Assembly: GCA_016868575.1 (NCBI GenBank)
Contig: VGGL01000002.1
Location: 1,703 to 65,702, forward strand
Length of the DNA stretch: 64,000 nt
DNA from: Bacteroidota bacterium
GTDB lineage: Bacteria; Bacteroidota; Bacteroidia; Bacteroidales; FEN-979
Direction: 5' to 3'
This document shows, in pieces, positions 51,268 through 60,330 of the stretch. The position numbers and the translations under genes were made by a program. The notes below the pieces were generated by a model. The model had not been told where the DNA came from, ran no database searches, and worked only from the letters and a program-made list of their open reading frames with translations. The first letter of the stretch is position 1. The number at the start of each line of letters is the position of its first letter.

Positions 51268-54200
51268 TTATTTTTGGTTTTGCAAATTCAGGAAATAACT
51301 ATTGATCCTATCTCTGTAATAAGGACGGTAAGCGGGAGATACCCTTTTCAGTTGCTCCCGGTTGCCCGTTTTTCCTGATTTTTCATCGAAGAACTCTTTG
51401 GGTGGTTTCACTTCGTACACTCCGCCTTCTCTGGATTCACGTTTCTCCTCGAATTCTCTCCTCATCTCCGCTTTTTCGGATTCAAGCAAGCGGGTTAGAA
51501 TATCTTGTTGTCTTCTCAGGGTTACACTGGAGATCCGTTTGTTGATCAGGTCATTTTCGATCTTCTCCATTTCTTTCACGGCATTTGCACTGTTGCCGCC
51601 ATCGTTGATCCCCTGTTCTTTCAGCATTTCCGAATACTTCTGCATCATGTTCCGGATGGCCTCCTGCTCAGCGGCCAATCGTGCCATTTGTTCACTCATC
51701 TGGCGCCCTTCACTGCTCCGCTGGCCAGGTTTGCCCGACTTTTCAAGTTGTTCCTTTAACCCCTGTAATTGTTTGGATAATCCCTCCTGCATCTTCTTCA
51801 ATGACTTTGCACCAATTTTTCCGCTTTTGGAAGGATTCGGGCATGATTTTCCCGACTTTCCGGAAGCCTGCATCGACATGTTTTGTTCCATGTTTTTCAG
51901 GGCTTCTGCAAGCATCAAAGCCAGGTTATTGATGGAGGTCATGATATATTGCTGCCGGGTATTTGATGCAGGGATGTTTCTTTGATGGAGCATCTCCATG
52001 ACTGCATCCATGTTCTGGGCTACAGAAGTCAATTCCCTGGAAATCATTGGTTTTACCTCTACCTGCCGTTTTCCGAGGGCAGTCAGAGAATCCTCAACCA
52101 CCTTCAGGTCATCTTTGATCTCCTTCTGTTCCTGCACCAGTTTGATGTAGCGGGGATCTCCGGCTGCGACTTTTTTCAGTTGCAACATGACCTCTTCCTG
52201 GCTGATCGACAGATTGACCAGATCTTCCAGCAGGGAACGGATTTGATCCATGTCTTCAGCATTTTGCTCCATTTCCATCTGATCGGCCATTTCCTGCATC
52301 TCCTCTGCCATGGATTTCATCTTCTCCGATGCGTTTTTCTGGTTCCCGGAAGCATTTTTCATTTTGTTCTGGCGCATGTTTTCCATGCTGTTTTCCTGCT
52401 CCCGGTTGATCTCATTTTCCTGTTGGTCTGTATTCTTCAGATCTGCCGGTTCTTCCAACTCCTTGTTCATCTTTTCCAGGTCGTCCAAATCTTTTCTGAT
52501 ATCCTGAAATTCGTTGTTTAGCTTATCTTGCTTTTCAATCAATGACTCTTTTTCCGCTTTCTTGTCCTGCGTTTGTTCTGAAAGTTCTTCTTGTTTTTTT
52601 GCGAGGTCTTCAAGTTTGCTGATCGCATCCTTGAGTTTTTTATCAAATTCGAGTTGTTTAAACAGCTCAAGACCCCGATCAAGCTGTTTCTCCAGGTCTT
52701 TGTTTTGGAACTGGATCTTTTCCAGCATCTCGTTGACTTTGTTTTTGTCGATCTTATCAAGCATTGCTTTGAGTTCCTCGATCATCTTTTTCATCTCATC
52801 TGTCAGCAACTCATTGAACAGATCCTGCAGTTGCTTCTGTTTCTCCAGGATGGCCGGATCCATCTCCTTGTACTGCTGTTCCTGGAACGTTTTCATCTCG
52901 TTTTCTTTTTCTATTTTTTCAAACCTGTCCTGAAGATCCTTCTGATCCTCCAGGAATTCATCCAATTGTTTCTTCTCCATCCAGGAAAGACTTGGCTTAT
53001 CCAGCATTTTCCGGCTGAATTCCTCCACTTTTTTCTGAAGCGCCCTGCTTTCCTGAAGGATGTTTTCCATCTCCGATTTGATCTGGTCATTCATAGCCTC
53101 TTCCCGCTCTTCCATGTCTTCGAGCGTTGGAACCTTCAGGATCATTTTTTCCGAAACGGTTGCTTTGGCTCCATGGATGGCATCATTATCCCAAACGGTG
53201 AAGTACGACTCAACGTAGTCGCCCGGTTGAATGTCAAGGCTCTTCAAATCCAGGAAATGATAATATGATTGTTGGTTGCTCTTGCGGTCTATGTCGAGGT
53301 CATTGACTGAAAGAATAGGTTCTGATGTTGCCTCTCCCCGGGTAATAACGGTATGAAACGTGAGCCTGGAGAACCCATAATCATCCCGGATGAGGCCACG
53401 GTAATAGATACGGTTATCGAAGATGGAATCACGCAGTTGCTCCACGTTGATGGCAGGATAGGCATCTTTGATCACGTGAATGGAGTAGTTCAGTATATCC
53501 TGGTTGGCCATATACTTGTTTTTAACTGCGATGGAATATTTCTCTGCCTCCAGGCAGGTTTTCTCATAAGATGCTTTTTGGTTCCGGCCAACGGCGAAAG
53601 CTGCTATTTCTTCCCCCATGGTCATTCTGATTGAGTCGGCATCCCTTGCATAGAATATCCATGAAGTTTTGGTCCCTTCCGGCACAAGCAGATCTCCATT
53701 GTTCTGGATTTCTTCTCCTTCCCGCTGCGTGTAGGCAGGATAAGCAAGGGTGACGGAAAAATTGAGGATCACCGGTTTGGGGATCACCGAAAGGAAATAC
53801 TCTTCCGAAACAAATTTTCCGGCAAGGAGGCGGAAAGAAATATCCTTCTGAACCGATTTAAAGACGTAATGAAATCTTATCGTATTGTCTTTTAATAATT
53901 TATACCTGGTTCCGGCTGATTCAAGAAATACCTCGTCGGGTATCCTGTCTCCGGAAAGGCCCACATTAAGTCGGAAATCTTCCTGCTGGATACCGGTTAA
54001 TGGTTGATTCAGAACACTCAACTTAAACGGGAAGGTTTCTGCGAAGTGTGTATTGTACTTAACGATCCGGGTGGTTGGATCGGTGACCATGGAAGGAGCT
54101 ACTACTATTACGATGATCAGAAACAGCAACGGGAAAGCCAGGTACTTCAGGTACTTTTTATTCCGCTTATAGTCGATTGCCCGGGGAAAGTGAACGGGTT

Positions 54201-54621
54201 TGATCTCTTTGATCTTCTGGGTGATCCCTGCCGGCAACAGCTCCGGTTTCGGCCCTGGTCCTTGCTGCATTTTCCAAAGTTGCAGCGTGTTGAGCAATTT
54301 ATCCGCTACTTCATGAAAATGAGTTCCTATGATCCGTGCGGCCTCCTCATGAGAGAGGGTTTTTCCCAACCTGAAAAGCTTCAGTAACGGGATGAAAAGG
54401 TAACGGATAACGATACCCGTGTTGATCAGCAAATAGGCGTAGAAGAAAATCAGGCGGACCGTAGAATTGAAATGGCCAAAGTGCTCCAGGATGGTGAACA
54501 GCAGGAAAAAGGCGATCAACACCGACAAGCAATAGATCCCTCCCCGGATCAACCGGTTTTTGTAGTATTTCCGGATAAACTGATCGAGTTTATTTAGCAG
54601 CTGCCGGTACTGGTTATCCAT
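51268..54621 (-). CDS. Giant (about 1117 aa) membrane-anchored protein with a very long E/K/Q/M-rich coiled coil (DUF4175-like)
   Basis: The start at 54621 (MDNQYRQLLNKL...) is supported by a -7 box at 54640. It has N-terminal TM helices, a beta-rich middle and about 450 aa of low-complexity coiled coil. The DUF4175 assignment is from memory. Confidence 0.75.
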   Translation of the reverse strand: MDNQYRQLLNKLDQFIRKYYKNRLIRGGIYCLSVLIAFFLLFTILEHFGHFNSTVRLIFFYAYLLINTGIVIRYLFIPLLKLFRLGKTLSHEEAARIIGTHFHEVADKLLNTLQLWKMQQGPGPKPELLPAGITQKIKEIKPVHFPRAIDYKRNKKYLKYLAFPLLFLIIVIVVAPSMVTDPTTRIVKYNTHFAETFPFKLSVLNQPLTGIQQEDFRLNVGLSGDRIPDEVFLESAGTRYKLLKDNTIRFHYVFKSVQKDISFRLLAGKFVSEEYFLSVIPKPVILNFSVTLAYPAYTQREGEEIQNNGDLLVPEGTKTSWIFYARDADSIRMTMGEEIAAFAVGRNQKASYEKTCLEAEKYSIAVKNKYMANQDILNYSIHVIKDAYPAINVEQLRDSIFDNRIYYRGLIRDDYGFSRLTFHTVITRGEATSEPILSVNDLDIDRKSNQQSYYHFLDLKSLDIQPGDYVESYFTVWDNDAIHGAKATVSEKMILKVPTLEDMEEREEAMNDQIKSEMENILQESRALQKKVEEFSRKMLDKPSLSWMEKKQLDEFLEDQKDLQDRFEKIEKENEMKTFQEQQYKEMDPAILEKQKQLQDLFNELLTDEMKKMIEELKAMLDKIDKNKVNEMLEKIQFQNKDLEKQLDRGLELFKQLEFDKKLKDAISKLEDLAKKQEELSEQTQDKKAEKESLIEKQDKLNNEFQDIRKDLDDLEKMNKELEEPADLKNTDQQENEINREQENSMENMRQNKMKNASGNQKNASEKMKSMAEEMQEMADQMEMEQNAEDMDQIRSLLEDLVNLSISQEEVMLQLKKVAAGDPRYIKLVQEQKEIKDDLKVVEDSLTALGKRQVEVKPMISRELTSVAQNMDAVMEMLHQRNIPASNTRQQYIMTSINNLALMLAEALKNMEQNMSMQASGKSGKSCPNPSKSGKIGAKSLKKMQEGLSKQLQGLKEQLEKSGKPGQRSSEGRQMSEQMARLAAEQEAIRNMMQKYSEMLKEQGINDGGNSANAVKEMEKIENDLINKRISSVTLRRQQDILTRLLESEKAEMRREFEEKRESREGGVYEVKPPKEFFDEKSGKTGNREQLKRVSPAYRPYYRDRINSYFLNLQNQK

Positions 54622-54639
54622 CGGTCTCGTTATCTTCAG

Positions 54640-54647
54640 CAAAATTA
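54640..54647 (-). promoter_or_regulatory. -7 promoter box TAATTTTG for the DUF4175-like gene
   Basis: The reverse complement of caaaatta matches exactly, 18 nt upstream of the ATG at 54621. Confidence 0.45.
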
Positions 54648-54739
54648 CGCATATCTGATGAACGGAATCCCGTGATGAATAGTGTATGATCCAGGCCATA
54701 CTTTCTTCCGGAATTTTCTCTTGTTTGGTCAAATTCGGG

Positions 54740-54747
54740 TATTTTTG
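54740..54747 (+). promoter_or_regulatory. -7 promoter box TATTTTTG for cysC
   Basis: Exact TAnnTTTG. The first in-frame ATG downstream is 54811. Confidence 0.4.
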
Positions 54748-54810
54748 ATCTCTGATAAGATATGTTACCTTCCGACGATCGATGATACAAACCCGACAAA
54801 ACCCACTTGT

Positions 54811-55383
54811 ATGCATATAGAAACTACCCGGGAGCGCAAGGAAAAAAGGCTTCGACAGCGGGCGAAGGCCATCTGGTTCACCGGTCTTTCCGGTTCCGGG
54901 AAAACCACCCTGGGAACCCGGTTGGAGCAATCGCTTTCAAACCAGGGTTTTCTGATACAACTGCTTGATGGCGATGTGATCCGCGCCGGCATAAACAACA
55001 ACCTGGGTTTTTCCGTGGTGGACCGAACCGAGAATATCCGCCGGGTTGCAGAGGTCAACCGGCTTTTTATTGATTGCGGGATCATTACCATCAACTGTTT
55101 CATTTCTCCAACCGTTGAAATACGTGAGCTGGCCAAAAGGATTATTGGAGAAACAGATTTCCTGGAGATCTACCTGGACTCTTCCCTGGAGGTTTGCGAA
55201 CAAAGGGACGTCAAAGGATTATACAGCAAGGCCCGGAAAGGGTTGATCCCGGAATTTACCGGCATCACCTCGCCCTATGAAATCCCTCTCAACCCGTTTC
55301 TCCGGCTCGATACTGCAACCGACACCAAAGATTATAATTCAGAAATACTGATAAATACCCTGATTTCCAAGATTAAATACTGA
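54811..55383 (+). CDS. cysC: Adenylyl-sulfate (APS) kinase
   Basis: AIWFTGLSGSGKTTLG P-loop and LDGDVIR motif. About 190 aa from the ATG at 54811. Confidence 0.9.
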   Translation: MHIETTRERKEKRLRQRAKAIWFTGLSGSGKTTLGTRLEQSLSNQGFLIQLLDGDVIRAGINNNLGFSVVDRTENIRRVAEVNRLFIDCGIITINCFISPTVEIRELAKRIIGETDFLEIYLDSSLEVCEQRDVKGLYSKARKGLIPEFTGITSPYEIPLNPFLRLDTATDTKDYNSEILINTLISKIKY

Positions 55384-55413
55384 GCCTGCTCCGATAATGC
55401 CATCATTCATTTC

Positions 55414-55505
55414 GCCACTAAACCACAAAAACTCAAAGAAACACAAAATGCTGTTAATCACATAAATAAAATTTGTGCAATTTTGTGAGTTAGTGCCTTA
55501 GTGGC
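55414..55505 (+). repeat. Octamer-word imperfect inverted repeat (GCCACTAA ACCACAAAA ACTCAAAG AAACACAAAA ... TTTGTGCA ATTTTGTGAG TTAGTGCC TTAGTGGC)
   Basis: The outer 8 bp are perfect (GCCACTAA/TTAGTGGC) and the inner arms partly complementary. It lies between cysC and gltX. Confidence 0.7.
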
Positions 55506-55550
55506 ATAAAAAGACTTTTCAGAGGGGACTCATAACTGAAACTTCAAACA

Positions 55551-57074
55551 ATGGAAAAACGTCATATTCGTGTCCGTTTTGCCCCAAGTCCCACCGGCCC
55601 ACTGCACATCGGTGGAGTGAGGACAGCATTGTACAATTTTCTCTTTGCCCGTAAGCATGGAGGAACGTGCATTCTGCGCATTGAAGATACCGATCAGAAC
55701 CGTTTTGTTCCAGGGGCAGAAGCTTATATTGCTGAATCATTTAAATGGTGTGGAATTGCGTTTGATGAAAGCCCGGAAAAGGGCGGACCTTTTGCGCCAT
55801 ACCGTCAATCGGATCGAAAAACACTGTACCGTGACTATGCCGAATCCCTGGTAGAAAAGGGATTTGCCTATTATGCCTTCGATTCAGAAGAAGAACTGGA
55901 GAAAGCCCGGCAGGATTTATCTGTGAAGGGGACTTTTCAATACGATGGGGCTACCCGCAAAAGGATGAAGAACTCCCTTACGATCCCACCATCTGAAGTC
56001 CAGGAATTACTGGATTCGGGTAAAGATCATGTGATCCGATTGAAAATCCAAGAAAATGAAGAAGTACGGTTCCACGACCTGATCCGCGGGGAAGTTGTTG
56101 TTCATACAGCCAATCTGGATGACAAGGTGCTGTTCAAATCTGATGGATGGCCCACCTACCATTTGGCCAATGTGGTGGATGATCACCTGATGGAGATCTC
56201 CCATGTGATCCGGGGCGAGGAATGGCTCCCGTCAGCGCCGCTGCATGTACTGCTGTACCGTGCCTTTGGTTGGGAAATGCCCGAATTTGCCCATTTACCC
56301 TTGCTTCTTAAACCCGATGGCAATGGAAAGCTCAGCAAGCGGGATGGGGATAAATTGGGCTTCCCGGTGTTTCCGCTTCAATGGAAAGATCAGGCTACTG
56401 GTGAATTATCCTGTGGTTATCGGGAATCGGGTTACCTGCCGGAGGCCTTCATCAACATGCTGGCATTCCTGGGATGGAACCCAGGAACAACGCAGGAACT
56501 CTTTTCGATGGATGAGATGATCCAGGTGTTTTCCCTTGAGCATGTAGGCAAATCAGGATCCCGTTTTGATCCGGCCAAAGCCAGATGGTTCAATCACCAG
56601 TATATGCTCCGGAAAAACCCCGCAGAACTTGCCGTTTTCCTTCAAAAAGAACTTACTGCCAGAAGCTTATCGTTCCCGGACAAGTATGTAGAATCGGTTT
56701 CTGCCCTGATCCACGACCGGGCCGAACTGATCCCTGACCTCTGGAAACAAAGCTGGTTCTTCTTCAAGCCGCCGGAATCGTATGATGAAGAAACAGTAAA
56801 GAAAAAGTGGAAACCAGAAACCCCGGCGTTGTTAACAGACCTGGTGAATCTCTATAGATCCCTTCCGGACTTTTCTGCTCATACTGTTGAAGCAGCCACG
56901 AAAGAATTTCTGGTAGCCCTTAATCTGGGTATGGGACAGATCATGAACCCCCTGCGGTTATGTGTGGTAGGCTCAGGCATGGGTCCCGGAATGTTTGATA
57001 TCGCTGCGCTGCTTGGGATAGAGGAGATCATCCGGCGAATTGAAAAAGGCATTCAAACCATCAAATCGATATAG
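55551..57074 (+). CDS. gltX: Glutamate--tRNA ligase
   Basis: HIGGVRTALYN (HIGH) and KLSKR (KMSKS) motifs. 507 aa. Confidence 0.95.
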   Translation: MEKRHIRVRFAPSPTGPLHIGGVRTALYNFLFARKHGGTCILRIEDTDQNRFVPGAEAYIAESFKWCGIAFDESPEKGGPFAPYRQSDRKTLYRDYAESLVEKGFAYYAFDSEEELEKARQDLSVKGTFQYDGATRKRMKNSLTIPPSEVQELLDSGKDHVIRLKIQENEEVRFHDLIRGEVVVHTANLDDKVLFKSDGWPTYHLANVVDDHLMEISHVIRGEEWLPSAPLHVLLYRAFGWEMPEFAHLPLLLKPDGNGKLSKRDGDKLGFPVFPLQWKDQATGELSCGYRESGYLPEAFINMLAFLGWNPGTTQELFSMDEMIQVFSLEHVGKSGSRFDPAKARWFNHQYMLRKNPAELAVFLQKELTARSLSFPDKYVESVSALIHDRAELIPDLWKQSWFFFKPPESYDEETVKKKWKPETPALLTDLVNLYRSLPDFSAHTVEAATKEFLVALNLGMGQIMNPLRLCVVGSGMGPGMFDIAALLGIEEIIRRIEKGIQTIKSI

Positions 57075-57077
57075 ATC

Positions 57078-57434
57078 ATGGCTACCATTGCACTCGAAGG
57101 AATGGAATTCTATGCCTACTATGGATGCATGGAAGAAGAAAGGATCATCGGCGCCCGGTTCATCATTGATGTCTATCTTGAAGCCGATACCTCCAAGGCG
57201 GAAATATCTGATCATCTGAAAGATACCGTCAACTACCAACAGGTGTATCAGTCGGTTAAAAAATCAATGGAAGGTAAATCCAAACTTCTGGAACATGTTG
57301 CCCGGCGTGTCCTGGATGGAATCATGAAGGAGTTTCCCGGTATCACATCAGCTAAAGTCAGTATTGCGAAGCTTCACCCGGCCTTGGGTGGAAAGATGGA
57401 GAGTGTGAGGGTGATGCTGGAGGAGCGGCGGTAG
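57078..57434 (+). CDS. folB: Dihydroneopterin aldolase
   Basis: 118 aa. The LEGMEFYAYYGCMEEERIIG...DTVNYQQVY pattern is typical of FolB. Confidence 0.85.
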   Translation: MATIALEGMEFYAYYGCMEEERIIGARFIIDVYLEADTSKAEISDHLKDTVNYQQVYQSVKKSMEGKSKLLEHVARRVLDGIMKEFPGITSAKVSIAKLHPALGGKMESVRVMLEERR

Positions 57435-57435
57435 A

Positions 57436-57471
57436 CGAACTCACCCCCGGCCTTCGGGCAGAGGGTGAGTT
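57436..57471. terminator. 10-bp GC-rich hairpin between convergent folB and glnS
   Basis: GAACTCACCC (57436-57445) pairs with GGGTGAGTTC (57462-57471). No clear U-tract. Confidence 0.45.
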
Positions 57472-57477
57472 CATAAA

Positions 57478-59166
57478 TTAATTCTTCACCTTCCCATACG
57501 AATCCTTCAAAGACACCACCCGGTTGAAAACCGGCTTTTCTGCAGTGGTGTCGGGGTCAACACTGAAATACCCCAGCCGTTCAAACTGGAATTTATCCGG
57601 CGGTTTCACCTCGTCCATGGCAGGATCGGCACACCCGGTGATCACTTTCAGCGAATCAGGGTTCAGGTTTGATTTGAAGTCTTTGCCTTCTTCCACTTCA
57701 TCCGGATTTTCCTTGATGAATAACCGGTCAAACAGACGCACTTCCACCGGGATACAATGACGGGCAGATATCCAGTGCAAGGTCGATTTGACCTTCCGGT
57801 TGCTTCCCGACATGCCGCTCCGTGATTCGGGATCATAGGTACAATGCACCTCCGTAACCTCTGCGGTACCCGTATCACGTATCACCTTATCACACTTGAT
57901 GATATAGGCATATTTCAGTCGCACCTCATTGCCGGGGAAAAGCCTGAAAAACTGCTTGGGCGGATCTTCCATAAAATCCTCCCGCTCAATGAACAACTCC
58001 CGGGAAAATGGTACTTTCCGGGTGCCGGAAGAAGGATCTTCAGGATTGACCACGGCTTCCATCTCTTCGGTTTTTCCTTCCGGGTAATTGGTGATGACGA
58101 CCTTCAGCGGATTCAACGCCACCATGGTTCGGGGGGCCCGTTTGTTCAGGTCTTCCCGGATGCTGAATTCAAGCAGGGCAACATCGATGACGTTATCCCG
58201 TTTGGCAACGCCCACTTTTTCGGCAAAGAAGCGGATCGCTTCAGGCGTATAGCCCCTGCGGCGAAGTCCGGAGAGGGTAGGCAGACGGGGATCGTCCCAG
58301 CCGCTTACATACTTTCCTTCCACCAATTCCAGAAGTTTTCTTTTGCTCATGATGGTGTAGCTCAGGTTGAGCCTGGCAAATTCGATCTGCTGTGGGTGGT
58401 AGATATCGATGGTATCGAGAAACCAGTTATAGAGTGGCCGGTGGACCTCAAATTCAAGGGTACAGATCGAATGGGTGATCCGTTCGATCGAATCCGACTG
58501 GCCGTGGGCATAGTCATACATCGGATAGATGCACCAATTGTCGCCGGTACGGTGGTGATGCTCATGGATGATACGGTACAAAATAGGATCCCGCATATGC
58601 ATGTTGGGTGAAGCCATGTCGATCTTGGCCCGGAGAACCTTCGATCCGTCAGGGAACTCGCCGGCTTTCATTCTCCGGAAAAGATCCAGGTTCTCTTCCA
58701 CCGGACGGTTGCGGTAAGGGCTTTCCTTTCCCGGGCGGGTGGGTGTTCCCCGTTGTTCGCTGATCTCTTCAGCGGCAAGGTCGCAAACATAGGCTTTTCC
58801 GATCATGATCAGCTTCTCGGCCCAGTCGTAGAGTTGCTGGAAATAGTCAGAAGCGTAATATTCCCGGCCAGCCCAGTCGAAACCAAGCCAGTGGATATCT
58901 TCCTTAATGGAATCGACATATTCGATATCCTCGGTAGAGGGATTGGTATCATCAAATCGGAGGTTGCAGAGGCCGTTGTATTTCTTTGCCAGTCCGAAGT
59001 TCAGGCAGATCGATTTGGCGTGGCCGATGTGGAGGTACCCGTTGGGTTCCGGCGGGAAACGGGTGTGTACCCGGCCGTCGTTCTTGCCGGTCTTAAGGTG
59101 TTCTTCAATGATCTCTTCGATAAAGTTCAGGGAAGCCGGTTTATCTGTTTCATTCATATCCTGCAT
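57478..59166 (-). CDS. glnS: Glutamine--tRNA ligase
   Basis: [14 protein letters not shown] (HIGH) and IMSKR motifs. The start at 59166 is supported by a -7 box at 59181. The listed 59256 start is unlikely. Confidence 0.93.
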   Translation of the reverse strand: MQDMNETDKPASLNFIEEIIEEHLKTGKNDGRVHTRFPPEPNGYLHIGHAKSICLNFGLAKKYNGLCNLRFDDTNPSTEDIEYVDSIKEDIHWLGFDWAGREYYASDYFQQLYDWAEKLIMIGKAYVCDLAAEEISEQRGTPTRPGKESPYRNRPVEENLDLFRRMKAGEFPDGSKVLRAKIDMASPNMHMRDPILYRIIHEHHHRTGDNWCIYPMYDYAHGQSDSIERITHSICTLEFEVHRPLYNWFLDTIDIYHPQQIEFARLNLSYTIMSKRKLLELVEGKYVSGWDDPRLPTLSGLRRRGYTPEAIRFFAEKVGVAKRDNVIDVALLEFSIREDLNKRAPRTMVALNPLKVVITNYPEGKTEEMEAVVNPEDPSSGTRKVPFSRELFIEREDFMEDPPKQFFRLFPGNEVRLKYAYIIKCDKVIRDTGTAEVTEVHCTYDPESRSGMSGSNRKVKSTLHWISARHCIPVEVRLFDRLFIKENPDEVEEGKDFKSNLNPDSLKVITGCADPAMDEVKPPDKFQFERLGYFSVDPDTTAEKPVFNRVVSLKDSYGKVKN

Positions 59167-59180
59167 CGCATTTTGACCGG

Positions 59181-59188
59181 CAAAGGTA
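59181..59188 (-). promoter_or_regulatory. -7 promoter box TACCTTTG for glnS
   Basis: The reverse complement of caaaggta matches exactly, 15 nt upstream of the ATG at 59166. Confidence 0.45.
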
Positions 59189-59232
59189 CGATCAATTTGA
59201 AAATGATGAGCCCCTTCGGAAATGCCTTTAAT

Positions 59233-59324
59233 GCCGCCAAGACACGAAATCACCAAGTTGCACTAATAACAATAACCTGATTAACAGTATTTTGTGCTCC
59301 TTTGTGTTTTCGTGTCTTTGTGGC
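59233..59324 (+). repeat. Octamer-word inverted repeat: GCCGCCAAGACACGAAA (59233-59249) with TTTCGTGTCTTTGTGGC (59308-59324)
   Basis: 15 of 17 positions are complementary plus one G-U wobble, with a 58-nt loop. The right-hand side continues with TTTGTGCTCCTTTGTG words. Confidence 0.65.
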
Positions 59325-59499
59325 AGAAACCAAAGATTGCATAATCGGCGTATGCTTCCTGATAAGAATTTCCATCTTCTCAGCCTGGGGATCTCTACAG
59401 ATGATCAGGAAGAATACCCGAAAAATCGATAAAAGGACTCTGAAATCAGATAGGGAGGTGTTGATAATTTCAGAGGTTTCATGTAACCAAACCTGAAAG

Positions 59500-59706
59500 C
59501 TACTCCAATGCGGATATATCAATGCCGGCATGCTTCAGAATAGCATAGAATGTTACCTTGGGAAGGTCTTTTTTCCCATGAACAGGAACTGTGACCATTT
59601 TATTCTTTTGGGGATTGTAAAATAAGAAATGGCTTCCATTAGAACGTCGAAAGCCATAACCATTTTTTTCAAGAATTTTTATCAAATATTTGGCAGAATA
59701 GTTCAA
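59500..59706 (-). CDS. hicA: HicA family mRNA interferase toxin
   Basis: 68 aa. The NGYGFRRSNGSHFLFYNP...VTVPVHGKKDLPKVTFYAILKHAG pattern is typical of HicA. Confidence 0.85.
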   Translation of the reverse strand: MNYSAKYLIKILEKNGYGFRRSNGSHFLFYNPQKNKMVTVPVHGKKDLPKVTFYAILKHAGIDISALE

Positions 59707-59942
59707 GAATTTGTAAGATTGAGAGAATATTCCAGCGTGGTACTGTCATCATAAATTTCCTGCCCATTTTCTTTAACTTCAGAAATGTAGAGCTCGATTG
59801 CCTCTTTTGCCATACTTATGGCATGATCTACGTTTTCGCCATAGGTTATACACCCCGGTAATGCCGGAACATTAACCATATAGGTACCGTCAGGCTCCTT
59901 ATGAAGAAAAAGTTTGAAGGTCAATGTCTTTGCATTATCCAT
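59703..59942 (-). CDS. hicB: HicB family antitoxin (short form, RNase-H-like fold only)
   Basis: 79 aa. Contains YMVNVPALPGCITYGENVDHAISMAKEAIELY. Overlaps hicA by 4 nt. No C-terminal DNA-binding domain. Confidence 0.8.
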   Translation of the reverse strand: MDNAKTLTFKLFLHKEPDGTYMVNVPALPGCITYGENVDHAISMAKEAIELYISEVKENGQEIYDDSTTLEYSLNLTNS

Positions 59943-60095
59943 AAAGAGGATTTGTTAAATGCCAGAAGCAAAGATACAAAAAAAGTCATTATATTAATAC
60001 CCGGGCAACCGACCAACGAACCGTGAAATCTGATCGAAGTCCGAAGTGAGTTCATTTGAGAATCCACAATACAATCGACCAAAAAGAAAAATCAC

Positions 60096-60103
60096 TATCT
60101 TTG
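60096..60103 (+). promoter_or_regulatory. -7 promoter box TATCTTTG for tRNA-Cys
   Basis: Exact TAnnTTTG, 11 nt upstream of the tRNA 5' end. Confidence 0.5.
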
Positions 60104-60114
60104 CATCCCTGTAC

Positions 60115-60185
60115 GGTACCATGGCCGAGTGGCTAGGCAACGGTCTGCAAAACCGTGTACAGCGGTTCGACTCCGCTTGGTACCT
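60115..60185 (+). tRNA. tRNA-Cys (anticodon GCA)
   Basis: GGTACCA TG GCCG AGTGGCTA GGC A ACGGT CTGCAAA ACCGT GTAC AGCGG TTCGACT CCGCT TGGTACC T. All stems are perfect, and the U73 discriminator is typical of tRNA-Cys. Confidence 0.92.
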
Positions 60186-60202
60186 CATCTGAAGGCCAAA
60201 CA

Positions 60203-60233
60203 CCGACAGGTCTTATAGACACTGTCGGGTTTT
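60203..60233 (+). terminator. Intrinsic terminator of tRNA-Cys
   Basis: CCGACAG (60203-60209) pairs with CTGTCGG (60222-60228), followed by GTTTT. Confidence 0.6.
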
Positions 60234-60252
60234 CCCAAACCAAGCTTTTTTA

Positions 60253-60302
60253 CCCCAGAGACACAGAGATGAGATAATCCCTGCGCCTCCGCGCCTCTGC
60301 GG
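60253..60302 (+). repeat. Octamer-word repeat (CCCCAGAGACACAGAGA ... CTGCGCCTCCGCGCCTCTGCGG)
   Basis: Same word family. The arms pair only if G-U wobbles are allowed in the minus-strand RNA, that is downstream of mreD. Confidence 0.6.
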
Positions 60303-60330
60303 TTCATAAGGATAGCCGGAAACAATCTCT

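Noticed and set aside
51982-53268. Three overlapping + strand ORFs (139-225 aa) rich in F/L/S/C
   Set aside because: They are the antisense reading of the E/K/Q-rich coiled-coil region of the DUF4175-like gene. The open frames are a by-product of its low-complexity codon content.
54622-54930. N-terminal extensions of listed ORFs: 54930 for the DUF4175-like gene, 46940 for the large kinase, 59256 for glnS, 51211 for the RsbW-like gene, 15848 for the FkbM gene, 54682 for cysC, and 39224 for the lipoprotein
   Set aside because: The extensions run through a tRNA gene (46895-46969), through divergent promoters or genes, or upstream of exact TAnnTTTG boxes. Internal ATGs give N-termini colinear with known families.
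59994-60203. 69-aa minus-strand ORF
   Set aside because: It overlaps the perfectly folding tRNA-Cys gene (60115-60185) and its terminator.
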